Of a DNA stretch of 64,000 nt, positions 51,284-64,000 are shown piece after piece. The translations under genes and the position numbers were made by a program. The stretch lies in the NCBI RefSeq assembly GCF_006345805.1, contig NC_043021.1, positions 9,734,001-9,798,000 on the forward strand, written 5' to 3'. The stretch's first letter is position 1. The number at the start of each line of letters is the position of its first letter. The DNA is from Octopus sinensis (lineage: Eukaryota). The notes below the pieces were generated by a model. The model ran no database searches. It saw only the letters and a list, made by a program, of their open reading frames with translations, and had not been told where the DNA came from.

Positions 51284-54200
51284 TACATTAAATAATGTAA
51301 TCCTAGATGCACTATCTCTGAATAAAACAAGATGATGACGACTCTAATACCCCTTGATCACAGGTCTATTGGATCATGACGGACTTGAAAAAAGATACAT
51401 TAATGTAATCTAGAAGCGCTGTCGGAATAAAAGATGGTATGATCACAGGTGTTAAATCTTTGATCTGGAGTCAAACAACAAATAACAATACACTTGATTC
51501 ATTGTAGTCCTGGATACACTGTCTAAATAAAAGATATTAATATAAGGTCGTCGTTAGAATGTGTCTGATCATGTCTGCTACAATAACGTGGTTACCAACC
51601 TCTATCCCTTTCGACGCAACGAAACCCCAACGTAAAAGCTGTTTTCTATTTTAGTAACAGGTCGAAACGAATTCTTAGGTTCTGCTTGTATTCTATTTCA
51701 TGCTGAATTTGTGTAATACTTATACTCGGCATCGGGTAACACCCACTTAGTCATATCATATGTACTCGTGTTGCTGGTACGATGTTGATTTCGTTTTAAC
51801 TTTTTCTTTCGTTCCTAAGGGCTGCTAATTAGAAGAGTTGTTACTGCGCTCGCAGAGGCTAGCGTTAACTTTTTGACAAGGAAGTATATGCTTTGTACCA
51901 CATGTGATATGTAGGACATATTTCCCTGGTATCCATACATACACATTATACACATTTTTTTCGACTACTGGAGTAACTCGAGACTTAGGAACGGAAAGTT
52001 TTATATTATCCAGAAAGAATGAAATAGGTGTTATCTATAAGTTTGAAAAACAAGCACGAACGTTTAGGACAAACTTATTAAAAATTCTTTGGAGAAGTAT
52101 AAGGTTAGATTCATCGATAAATAAAGTATTAGAAGGTAGGATTGCTGGAACACACCGGACTGTCATGTATTGTTGGTTCTGTGATATATACCATTTGAAT
52201 TTAAATGCCACTCCTGTTACAAGTGAAGAAAAGAAACAGTGGTACTTCCGTCAGTGGCTATATGCAGTGTAAAAATTATAAATTGAAGTTATTTCGAAAT
52301 TTATATTTTTAGTAGGAGAGTGTGTGCGCAGTTATCTTCGGGACTTGGAGATAGAACAGTGGATCAGAGTATTTCCATTAATTGATTTACAAGTGAGCAG
52401 AGGTGTGAATGTGAATCAACAGCCGATTTTTCTCCAGAGCGTAGGGATATTGTTTGAGGAAATGGGGGATAGGCTGGGGGTTATAAATAATCGAATCGAC
52501 CCAGCGTATTGATGGTATTTGATCAATATCCAAGGAGTGGAAAGCGAAGTCGGCGAGTTTGTGATCCAAACAAAAGTCGGTGTAACGACGTTCAAATATC
52601 TGGTTTCATTTGTTCACCATCCTAATGACTTCCTATTTCCATCCATATTCGTTTGCTTTCCCACACGTGTAAGCGCTTCACCCCCGTATTTTAGGAAGAG
52701 GAGAAAAATTTTGATGCACATGCCCCTCCTAATATTGATTTCAAGTTTTGGTACAAGGCCAGCAATTCTGGGGAAGGGGTAAGTCGGCTACGTCGGCCTC
52801 AGTGTTCAACTGGTACTTATTTTATTGACCCCGGCGTATTTTGAATTCAGACCGTAAAAACGGACGAAATGTCGCTAAACATTTTGCCCGACGTGTTAAG
52901 GATCCTGTCACCACCTTAATGCCCCCTCCTAATATTGACTTCAAATTTTGGCACAAGGCCAGCAATTTTAGGGAGTGAATAATACCCCACCTAGTATTAA
53001 CAACCCATATGGAATGTTGGCGTTACTGTACAGCATAGGGGCCCTCTACATCTACGTAGATATGCTAAAAATAGCAGCCAAATGTCATTCAACTTATGTT
53101 TAACCGTCTTTAAAAGCCAGGCAAATTGGATGACGTGGCCATACCTATGCACTGACAATGTGTTTCGAACTGTCGTTGCTGGAACGCTTTTGACCAGAGC
53201 TTTTCTCCATTAGGGTTGACTTCGGACTAAAGAACAACTGTAGACCCCATTTCATAATTTATTTACCTTTCATTATTAAATGATTACATTCTTTTACTGG
53301 TTCCTTATTAAATGATAATATTAAAAATAAACTTAATCAGTATTTAATAATAAAACTGAAAAAAAAAAAAAAATTACGGAGATTGAAACCAATCATTTAG
53401 GGACGGTGGGTTGGCAGATTCGTTAGTATCCAACAAAATACCTTGAAGTATTTCGTTACGGCCCCTCTAACGTTCTGAGTTCAAATCCAGTCGTGGACAT
53501 CATTGCGTTATTCATTGTTTTCTGCTTCAGGGATTGATAACTTAAGATTTTAGCCAAATACTGGTGCTGATTTGATATTTCTACCGGCAGTATTTGTTCA
53601 AACTTTCATAGTTTAAAATCCCGAAAAGGCCAATGTCGTTTTCATTCTGCACATATTACATTATTTAGCATATAATCCCTTAATTTACGTATCAAAATTC
53701 ATGTCATTGATACATTTCACTTTTTTCCTCGTGTTATTATTTTATAATTACAATGGTATCGTCCACATAAATAAATAATTAGAAATTAACATAATGGCGG
53801 GAAATAGCACACACCATCACAAAATTGTCGGTAAATTTACTACGCAGTTATTTCATATCACAATTTGAAATATACTTACGAGTTCTTTCAATTCACTTTT
53901 TTATTATTAAACACTTTCGTCTTTCTTTAAATCATAATTAGACCTCAGTTTTTGAGTTTTCGTCTCGGAAGTGACTCCGAAGTTAACTTATTGTAGTTGA
54001 TTTCTTCCCTTCTTGGAATGGTCCACCTGAAGAGGTCAAGGAGTGTTTTATATCGTGGCCCAACCAATCCTTACCCCCAAAACTTTGTGAACACAAGGAA
54101 ATTATTTCTATAAGCAATCTAGATGTGAATAGAATTATAAAAAGAAAACAACGCTTAAATTATTGTCGCTGTGTACCTAATAAACAGGTTTTTTTTTCTT

Positions 54201-57200
54201 TTAATAATTTAAACTTTAGTATTAAATTTATCTTCAACGCTAATAATAGGGACAAACAAAATTGAGGTGTAATTATGCTTCAAAGAATAACAAAGGCCTT
54301 CATTCATAACAGAGAAATAAGTCGTTACGCACATGCAAAGAATATTCGAAATGTATATTTCTTTACTACCTACAAGGGGCTAAACATAGCGGGGACAAAC
54401 AAGGACAGACAAAGGGATTGAGTCGATTACATCGACCCCCAGAGCGAATCTGGTACTTTATTTATCGAACCCCGAGAGGATGAAAGGCAAAGTCGACCTC
54501 GGCGGAATTTGAACTCAGAACATAGCGGCAGACGAAATACCTATTTCTTTACTACCCACAAGGGGCTAAACATAGAAGGGACAAACAAGGACAGACAAAC
54601 GGATTAAGTTGATTATATCGACCCCGAGAGGATGAAAGGCAAAGTCGACCTCGGCGGAATTTGAACTCAGAACGTAAAAGATATGAAACAGCTGCCGGCA
54701 ACTTCCTGTTGTGCGGGTTGCCCATTTCCCGCCATTATTTCTTTTACCGTAGTGCTGTGTAATTACGAAATAATTACTTCTGCTGTAGGCATAATAAGGC
54801 CTGACATTTTGAGGAAGGGTGCCAGTCGATTACATCGTTCCCAGTGCTCAGCTGGTACTTATTTTATCGACCCCGAAAGGATGAAAGGCAAAGTTGGCCG
54901 TGGTGGCATTTGAATTCAGAGGGTAAAGCCGGGAAAAAATGCCGCTGAAAGGAAAGGATCCTGTGACTGATGTGGGCGAATGACACTGATTAATATAAAG
55001 GAGTGTTGTACAGAATGAATGAGTTTTTTTAAAATTAAATCTTTAATATTAAACATTTGTTTTAATTTAATTACAATGTTAATAACAATGAATAATTAAA
55101 TAACTAAGTCAACTTATATTTTAAAGAACAACGAAAGTATATGTTCTATAACGAAAGTGAAATACATGACTTAACACGTAATTCGAAGTGCCTTCGGACG
55201 GACATATTAAACAGCTGTGTGACCTACATTTGCCGGCAACTTACTACCTGTTGGACGGCATGCTCTATTTCCCGCCATTATGTTAATTTCTACTTCTTTT
55301 TGGTTCGCATGTATTTATGTAAGGTGCGGTGTAGCCGAATGGCTAAGAAGTTCGTTTCGTTACACACATAGTTCCGGGTCCGATCCCACGGCGGGACAAC
55401 AATGGCAGAAACTACTCTTTTATTTATTTATTTCAGTCACTGGACCGTGACCATACCGGAGCACTGCCTTGAAGGCTTCAGTCGAACAAATTGACCCCAG
55501 TACTTTATTCTATCAGCCGCTTTTTTGCCTAACCGCTTAGTTAAGGGACATAAACAAACCAAGACCGGTTATCAAGGAGTGATGGTAGACAAATGCAAGC
55601 ATAAAGAACACGCATATCTGGCTGTGTGGTAAGTAGTTTGTTTACCAACCACATGGTTCCGGGTTCAGTCCCACTGCGTGGCACCTTGGGCAAGTGTCTT
55701 CTACTATAGCCTCGGGCCGACCAAAGCCTTGTGAATGGATTTGGTAGACGGAAACTGAAAGAAGCCCGTCGTATATATGTATATATATGTATGTTTGTGT
55801 GTCTGTGTTTGTCCCCCTAGCATTGCTTGACAACCGATGCTGGTGTGTTTATGTCCCCCGTCACTTAGTGGTTCGGCAAAAGAAACCGATAGAATAAGTA
55901 CTGGGCTTACAAAGAATAAGTCCCGGTGTCGATTTGCTCGATTAAAGGCGGTGCTCCAGCATGGCCGCAGTCAAAATGACTGAAACAAGTAAAAAAAAAG
56001 AAAGAAAACAAAAGAATGTACATACATACATACGTACATACACACATGCATACAACAAAAATGATCAAGAACTTCTGATCTAAACATTTTAGAGGTATAA
56101 TGGCTGTGAGGCTAATATGCTGGACCACTGAACTGTATGTTCATGATAAAACCTCAATGCCCTGTAGTCTACTGAGCAAGGTACATAACTCCGATTGCTC
56201 CTTGGCTTGATCATCAGAAATCTTCTCATCTAGTTATTACAACCATCACTTTAACACTGCAATACTTAATCTGGAGGAAATTTTGATACTGTGGGAAATA
56301 CTTTGGGGATTCCAGTAGGGAAATAGCTTTTTGAGGTTGAAGAATTCTTTATCATTATATGTGAGCTGGTTCAAATTCCACTGAGGTTGACTTAGCCTTA
56401 CATCCTTTTTGGGGTCAATAAAATGAGTACTGGTTGAGAACTAGGGACAATACAATTAACTTATTCCTCTCCCAAGATCTCAAGCCTTGTGCCTATTGCA
56501 GAAAGGGTTATCATATGCATGGTTTTTGCTCAGATTTATATTCCATAATCTTGATGCAGCACGGAATTTTGTCAGTGAACAGGTCATTGTCTCAAAGCGA
56601 CGAAAATATTTTGTCAAATTAAATTTAAACGTTGAAGTGAATCTAACGGTTTTGTGTGTTTCTTAAATGGCTTATAAACACCTTCCATGCTGCAATTGTT
56701 TTTGTTCCAGCACACGATCTCAGATCAGGTCACTTGCTATGCAAGTACATCTATGATTTTAAGGTTGTTAATGTTAAATTAATATCAAATTCTGCTGAGG
56801 CCCACTTTGCAGGTAAGGCCTCTTTTGTGTAAAAATATCATACACTTTATATATATATATATTCATAAATAAGGGTGAAAAATTAGATATTAATTTAACA
56901 ACTTCGGTGGCTATACCAGAATAAGGAGCTATTTTTAGCACTAGAGTTAACCACTTAACGGTAACTCTCTTATATTTATGTATATATATATATATATATA
57001 TGTATGACAAGCTCCTTTCAGTTTCTGTCTACTAAATCCACACACAAGACTTTGGTTGACCTGAGGATATAGTAGATGACTCTTGCCCAAGGTACCACAC
57101 AGTGGGACTCAACCTGGAACCATGTGGTTGGTAAGCAATTTACTTACCACACAGCCACACCTGCACCTATATATCTAAAGTTAATTCAAATAAACAAACA

Positions 57201-57501
57201 ATTAAAAAAAAAAGGTAAAAAATGAACATGAGGACATGCACAGGAAATATATTAATTTGATGCTGGGTGAAGGGAGAGAGTTATTGGAAATGTTTCGCGC
57301 ATAGCTCTTTGTCGGAAACAGGAAAGTCCAATGAGAAGGAAGGAAAAATCACCAACAGTCCACATGCAGTTACATTTCTGAAGTGACCGGAAGTGGAAGG
57401 AGAAAGAGAAAGTGGCTTCTGGGACAGGAGAGCGTGAAGATGATCGGTATGTGTGTGGTAGCATATGTATGGTAGCATGTGAGTATGTGGTAGTGTGGTA
57501 G

Positions 57502-57730
57502 GCGGCGAGCTAGCAGAAACATTAGCATGCCAGGCGAAATGCTTAGCGGTATTTCGTCTGCGTTACGTTGTGAGTTCAAATTCCGCCGAGGTCGACTTTG
57601 CTTTTCATCCTTTCGGGGTCGATAAATTAAGTACCAGTTACGCACTGGGGTCGATGTAATCGACTTAATACCTATGTCTGTCCTTGTTTGTCCCCTCTAT
57701 GTTTAGCCTTTTGTGGGTAATAAAGAAATA
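57502..57730 (+). mobile_element. Nin/Deu-domain-like SINE family B (representative copy with TSD)
   Basis: Core GAGGTCGACTTTGC(C/T)TTTCATCCTTTCGGGGTCGATAAATTAAGTACCAG; 13-bp duplication GGTAGTGTGGTAG on both sides. Other copies at ~2890, 15100-15900, 20280-20520, 40150, 42310-42735, 49100, 54355-54945. Confidence 0.8.
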
Positions 57731-58361
57731 GGTAGTGTGGTAGTGTGTATGCATGTGGTAGTAACTGTATGTGTGGTAGCACGTGTGTGCATGTATATGC
57801 CACTCTGAGAGGACAATCAAAATCAGCAAGTATAATGAAAGGTATGTGAATGGGTGGGTGTGGTTGTGTGTATAGATGGAGTGAGCAGTAGTCTGGATGG
57901 TGTGTGAATGGATGGGTGTGGCTGTATGCGTGTGCACGCATGTGGGTATGAAACTTGAAATTTGAAAAAAATATGTGCTATGAGTCAATATGTATATGTG
58001 CACACCTACCAAATTTTCCCCATTTTTTCTTCCTCAACCCTTTCTTTTGGTGAGCAAATGCTTGAAACATCAAAGACTTTTCCATTCTTCCCAAGTGTCG
58101 AACTAACACGCCTGTTTGTTGCTCCCTGACTTGTCCTCGTCTTTTGTTTTCTGTAAACTTTACATATTTATATATGTCTATATAAATATATATTCTTTTA
58201 CTTGTTCCAGTCATATGACTGTGGCCATGCTGGAGCATCACCTTAAAGGGTTTTTTAATTGGAGAACAGGTGAAGCATGCCTGAAAAATGAACATGACAA
58301 CCTCCGTCTTCTTTTCAAGCACTGAATAATAACAACTCTCCTCCCCAAGCCTCACCTCATA

Positions 58362-59255
58362 TTCTTTTCCCAGTTTTCAGAGGTGGCACTGTCAATGTAG
58401 GCACACTGAAAAGTAGGTCTAGTGAGATTGTAGAGATGCTTAAAAGGAGATGGGTTGATGTATGCTGCACACAAGAGTTAAGATGGAGAGGAGCTTCAGC
58501 AAGGGTCCTCACAGGCAAGGTACATAGGTATAAAGTCTTCTGGCAAGATAACATGGATGGCCCTATACAGAGATGCTGTTAGTAGTGTTAGGATTGGAAA
58601 TGAGTATAGTGAAGAATTCCAGGTAGAAGTAGGGCACCACCAAGAAACAGCCCTCAGCCCCCTCTTATGCACCATAGCCCTGCAGACAATAACAGAGGAA
58701 TTCAAGACAGGTTGCTTCTGGGTGTTCCTCTATGCTGATGACCTGGCCCCCATAGCAGAATCACTACCAGAACTAGAGAAGAATCTTCAAATGTCGAAGC
58801 AAGGTTTAGAATTGAAGGGTCTTAGAGTCAATGTTGCAAAGAACAAAGTTCTGGTAAGTAGGAAGGCAAACACATCACACACCACTTCAGGTAAGTGGCC
58901 CTACTCAATCTGTAGAAAGGGTATAGGTAGAAACTCCATAAGATGTGCCCAGTGTAATCTATGGACACATAAGAGGTGCAGCAACATCAAAGGAAGATTA
59001 ACCAGCAAGATAGCTTTCACATGCAGCAGATGCACAGGGGCAATAAACTCCACAGATGCTCAGAAAACAGATTCCATCTCATGCCAGGGGGAGAAACTAG
59101 AAGTAGTTGATAGTTTCTGCTAACCTAGGTGACCAAGTCTGTAGTGGGGGTGGGTGGATGCCCAGAAACTGTTACCACTAGAATAAAAATAGCCTGGGCA
59201 AAGTTCAGAAAGCTTCAACCCCTACTGGTGACAAAGGGCCTCTTGCTCAGAGTGA
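58362..59255 (+). mobile_element. Internally deleted RTE LINE (endonuclease N-terminus joined to RT)
   Basis: GTVNVGTLKSRSSEIVEMLKRRWVDVCCTQELRWRG (APE-like), then HQETALSPLL...LYADDL (RT), then a Cys-rich C-terminus. Confidence 0.85.
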
Positions 59256-60670
59256 CCAGCTTCCGTGCCGGTGGCACGCAAAAAGCACCATCTGATCGTG
59301 GTCGATGCCAACTCCTCTGGCCCCTGTGCTGATGGCACGTAAAAAGTACCCACTACACTCACAGAGCGGTTGGCATTAGGAAGGGCATCCAGCTGTAGAA
59401 ACACTGCCAGATCAGATTGGGGCCTGGTATAGCCTCCTGGCTTCCCAGACCCCAGTTGAACCGTCCAACCCATGCTAGCATGGAAAACGGACGTTAAACG
59501 ATGATGATGATGACTCCAAGAATTATTCTTTGTAAGCCTAATACTTACTTTATTGATATCTTTTGCCCAACTGCTAAGTTATGGGGACATAAATATGCCA
59601 ACATCGGTTGTCAAGTGATGGCAGGAGACAAACATAAAGACACACACATAAATATCATTGATAGTAGTTGAATAATATGCTTAAGGCTGCAATTTACTCT
59701 CACACAGCATCTTTCAGAGTTTGTCACAAATTCAGTTCTTAACCAAATTGAAAACTTTTAACATGTTTGAAGAAGACTGGCCCCTAGCTATATTTTGGCA
59801 TAAAGAATTGAGATTTGATTGAGTAGAAAAAAGTTTACATAAAAATTTGTAGCAATGTTATAGGAGAGTAAGTGACACCACCTATCAAGTTTAGATCTAA
59901 ATAACTTTTTTATTTTAGAAGCAAAATATATTTATCTTAGCTTCACTGATAGAAGAAAGCATGAAAATTTTCATAGTTTTGGTCCCATGCAACGAAAATT
60001 TGTAAAGAAAAAGTTGTGAGGTAAAATATCATGAAAAAATATAAGGCAAAAAATTGGATTCAAGCATAATTAACTTTTTAATTTTAAAAACAAACTATAT
60101 TTTAATTAAGCTTAAGTAACAGAGCTAAATTTGAAGAATTTCATGGTTTGAATCTGATGCAGTGAAGTTTTAAAAGAAAAATATTAAGAGTGTTTGTTTC
60201 TCAAATTTGAGAGTGATGATATAGTTCTATACGTTTTTATGAATATAGTTCTGTAAAGGGACTTTTAATATATGCCACCAGTGTTATTGAGGTAAGGCAA
60301 AAATTATCAATGACACTGCTAATTGACACATTATTAATTAGTATAATAGCATAGTGGCGAACCTTCGGTATAGGTACACACGTGACTTTACATTTCTGAA
60401 GATAACAGAATAACAGAAACCCTTTTCTCCCCCCACCTAACCCCCCCCCCCCATATATAAAAAAACACTTTCTTGAAATGTATCCGGCAAAGTAGAATAG
60501 GATATATGGAAGGCAAATCCATTATGTAAAAAATTTCATTCAAAGAATATAATTTTTCTGTTAGTTATGAAGAAAAAAAATCTGGTGGGAACGTATACTT
60601 CTAGAAGTACGCCGAGAGTTGTCCATCTTGCCTGAAAGCAATTTCCGGTATATGGCATCCCGTTGTAAAC

Positions 60671-60856
60671 ATGGCTGTATCTCGTGTCCGAATCTGCACC
60701 AACTTTATACACACACAGGTTCTTAAACCGTTTTTTAACCGCAATGTCCGGACATTTTCTTCTTGCAACTCCGTGGCATCTTTCAAAAGTGCGCAGTCAC
60801 TCCACAGCCATTACCCCGACAGTAATCTGGATCCATATTCTCCGCCGTCATCCAAG
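60671..60856 (+). CDS. MRPL58: ICT1/MRPL58-like mitochondrial peptidyl-tRNA hydrolase, exon 1
   Basis: AAACATGG Kozak context; R/S-rich, acid-free N-terminus typical of a mitochondrial presequence; FKSAQSLHSHYPDS resembles ICT1 FKSIYSLDKLYPES (recalled); AAG|GTATTT donor, phase 0. Confidence 0.72.
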
Positions 60857-61208
60857 GTATTTCAAAAGACAAGTTATACTTAACCAGTGTTTTTTCGTTT
60901 TATTGTTTTGTTACGGGATTGATTCGTTTTGCTCTCTAATAAACACGGGTACACGGGGTGGGAGATACATTCACGGATACACGATGCATGTGTAAACAAG
61001 CAAGAAGAAAGATATTTACTATTTTTTGGAAGGTGAAACTTCAAAAATCGTTTCTCTGTCTCTTGTTACAGATGTTTTTCACCTTGATCAAAAGTGTTCC
61101 GGCTGTGACTATCATGTCTTTTTTTACCTTCTTCCTATCAGAGAGAATATTATCCACTCTATTTATGTCTTTATTTCAGGCCGTCGGCTCTACTGTGTTA
61201 AATTTTTA

Positions 61209-61481
61209 GGCATTCTTTCGATATAACTCGACAAGGTCGAGACATTTCGCTTTGGGTATTTCCATGGGTTGTGGAATATAGATATAACGAAATTACGCCA
61301 GCAATATCTCAATTTAAACTTAAAGAAAAAAAACCTTGCATATTTGTCCTTATCTGCTTCATGTGTGTATGTAAAATCCGTAAATTTCCAAGCAGAAAAC
61401 AGAATCGAATTGTCATTTGCTTCCACGGAAATACCTGAAGTGAAGTGTTTTGATTTTGTCGAGTTATATCGAAAGAATGCC
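61209..61481. mobile_element. Same MITE family, copy 2, in the ICT1-like intron 1
   Basis: Exact 8-bp TSD AATTTTTA on both sides; superfamily (hAT/Mutator/Merlin) not resolved. Confidence 0.8.
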
Positions 61482-62908
61482 AATTTTTAAAACGAATCAG
61501 TATCAGGCAAATTTCTTCATATTATTTAATCTCGTTGTTATGCGTTTTAAGTTCGAATTCCGCTTGACTAACCCAGCAAGTCCACATAATTACGCGGGCA
61601 GAGAATGATAACATGCGAAATTCTTGTTTGAGCATCTCATATAACCCCTTATAACCTTTTTATTATTTGGAATTTTCAGGTAATTTTTGTGAATTTGTGT
61701 TCTACACACGCTCATTCATACGATTTTTTAATGTTTGCATAATCGTATGAATTCGCGTGTGTATAACACAAATTCGTAAATAACAGCTAAATCTCTCAGA
61801 TCACACCTTACTAGTTTTAAATTGTGTGGACACACTTGATGCTCTACAAGTAGTGAAAAATAAGCATTTGCAAGGAGATGGTCGTGGCTAGAACTCCTTT
61901 ACTCGTATGTTTGCACGGTCTGGGCTGACCAGCGGCAAGTCAACAACTAATGCATGACATGGGTTATCAAAAGCAGCTGCATAGGAATTATCTCCCTTGT
62001 ATAAATGCTCATCATTGAAAGTCACCTCTACTTCACTAGCATGGTTGTGTAGTTAAGATGTTCTCTGTTCAACTGTGTAGTTTCGAGTTCAATTCCATTA
62101 GTAGAAAGAAACTGTGTAGAGTCTCTTTCTGTTCTTGGCTAGTGGAATTAATCCATTGCCCTGTTTAAGACCACATTTAGTCCTTGGCCTTTTAGTGGAC
62201 TTTGTTGCAAGCCATTAGTGTTTTGAGGGAAAAATTGGGCGCATAAGAGGAATTCGGGTTAGCATAAAATAAAAGAGAAAAAAAACAAAAACAGCGTAGG
62301 AGTGGCTGTGTGGTAAGTAGCTTGCTTACCAACCACATGGTTCCGGGTTCATTCCCACTGCGTGGCACCTTGGGCAAGTGTCTTCTACTATAGCCTCAGG
62401 CCGACCAAATCCTTGTGAGTGCATTTGGCAAACAGAAACTGAAAGAAGCCCGTCGTATATATGTGTGTGTGTGTGTTTGTCCCCCAGCATCGCTTGACAA
62501 CCGATGCTGGTGTGTTTACATCCCTGTAACTTAGCGTTTCAGCAAAAGAGAGCGATAGAATAAGTACTAGGCTTACAAAGAATAAGTCTTGGGGTCGATT
62601 TGCTCGACTAAAGGTGGTGCTCCAGCATGGCCACAGTCAAATGACTGAAACAAGTAAAAGAGTAAGAGTAGTGTGAAAAGGGTTGAAGAATGAAAGGACC
62701 AAGTCCTCATTTTGATCAGCAATTAGTTTGATCACGGCTATCTTGGAGTTAAACAAACCACAGCACTGTTACATTTATTGCATCTCAGACTTTTTTGTTT
62801 TTCACTGTTTCATTCCTCATTCTTTTAAGTTTCTGTTATTTTTAAGAAAAAAAAAATCTTGTCCCCATTTGTTCCATTTAACCAATTTTCTATTTTTCCA
62901 TTGTCCAG

Positions 62909-62957
62909 CACTCCTCCATAGATTCCGATGATAACTTCACAGGATATATTCCCATTG
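62909..62957 (+). CDS. MRPL58: ICT1/MRPL58-like, exon 2 (gene continues beyond the window)
   Basis: TTTTCCATTGTCCAG acceptor; HSSIDSDDNFTGYIPI, like the F(S/T)G(Y/F)IP segment that precedes the GGQ domain; G|GTGAGT donor; phase fits exon 1. Confidence 0.7.
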
Positions 62958-64000
62958 GTGAGTATTTTTTGTTTTGTTTTGTTTCCTCATGGGTTATTTA
63001 TTCATTCTTGGTAGCTAAATGAAGTGTCAATCACCACCATCATCATTTAACGTCCATTTTCCATACTGGCATGGGTTGGACAGTTTAACTGGAGCTTGTA
63101 AGGCCAGAGGCTGCACCAGGCATGGTTTCTACAGCTGGATGCCCTTCCTAACACCAACCTCTCCATAGAGTGTACTGGGTGTTTTGTATGTGGCACCAGC
63201 ACCAGTGTGTTTTATGTGTCACCTGCACCAGTATCAATTCTGCTGTGGCAGTTGTGTCTTCTTGAGTACAGGAATGCGCCAGACATCTTGGTCCTTAGTC
63301 ATCTCCTTTGTAAGGATCAGTGTCTTGAGACCAGCCTTCAACACTTTGTCCCACATCTTCCTGGGTCCCCCTCTTCCACAAACTTTATCCACTTCAAGTG
63401 ATCGGCACTTTTGTATACAACTCTACATTCATAAGTATCACACAACCAAACCAGCACAGTCTTCTCTCTCTGAAAGAAGCCCGTCGTATATATGTATATA
63501 TATATATGTGTGTGTGTATGTTTGTGCGTCTGTGTTTGTCCCCAACATCACTTGACAACTGATGCTGGCGTGTTTACGTCCCTGTAACTTAGCGGTTTGA
63601 CAAAAGAGACCAATAGAATAAGTACTAGGCTTACAAAGAATAGGTCCTTGGGTCGATTTGCTCGACTAAAGGTGGTGCTCCAGCATGGCCACAATCAGAT
63701 GACTGAAACAAGTAAAGGAGTTATGTGACGTTTTCATTGGCAAAATGAAATAACTGAAGTTACAAGATTTGAATTGTGACCATGTGGCCACTGGTTGAGT
63801 ACTTTTGCCCTTTAGCATTCAGATTATTCTAGGCGTAGCTGTGTGGTAAGAAGCTTACTTTCCAACCACATGGTTCCGGGTTCAGTCCCACTGTGCAGCA
63901 CCATAGGCAAGTGTCTCCTGTTTTAGCCTCATATCTAGCTGTCTTAAAAAATGAAGAACCTGATAGATAATGAAGTCGTTGTTTGATAGGCTACAGTTGA

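Noticed and set aside
51790-51900. Pyrimidine-rich plus-strand acceptor followed by LLIRRVVTALAEASVNFLTRK
   Set aside because: AAG acceptor, weak donor and no partner exons; not supportable as a gene.
55324-55400. tRNA-like sequence GGTGCGGTGTAGCCGAATGGCTAAG...CCGGGTCCGATCCC
   Set aside because: No coherent cloverleaf; resembles a degenerate SINE-A head. No bona fide tRNA was identified in the window.

Overview
AT-rich animal genomic DNA with spliceosomal introns. It is most likely an octopus/coleoid cephalopod; this is inferred from the SINE families, not proven. I reconstructed three protein-coding genes by hand from splice signals and reading-frame continuity. (1) A complete 8-exon HSDL1-like short-chain dehydrogenase on the minus strand (CDS 20160->644, 336 aa). 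(2) A complete cytosolic HSP90 on the minus strand (non-coding exon 1 plus 6 coding exons, CDS 35334->32641, 713 aa, ending MEEVD), with TATA, Inr and a 10-pentamer heat-shock element. (3) The first two exons of a mitochondrial ICT1/MRPL58-like gene on the plus strand (from 60671, continuing beyond the window). Most of the remainder is tRNA-derived SINEs, RTE and CR1 LINE fragments, mariner fragments, MITEs, Penelope-like palindromes and microsatellites. The most striking observation is a 3.2-kb array of 17 x ~189-bp units in HSDL1. Each unit is a copy of the intron-2 3' splice site plus the first 53 nt of exon 3, so 16 decoy acceptor/half-exons, each running into a stop codon, precede the one functional exon. 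Also notable: an intact catalytic YxxxK in an HSDL1-like protein, hammerhead-ribozyme-like cores in palindromic repeats, and a candidate unannotated TATA-Inr transcription unit near 54 kb. Coordinates were counted by hand; repeat boundaries are approximate.
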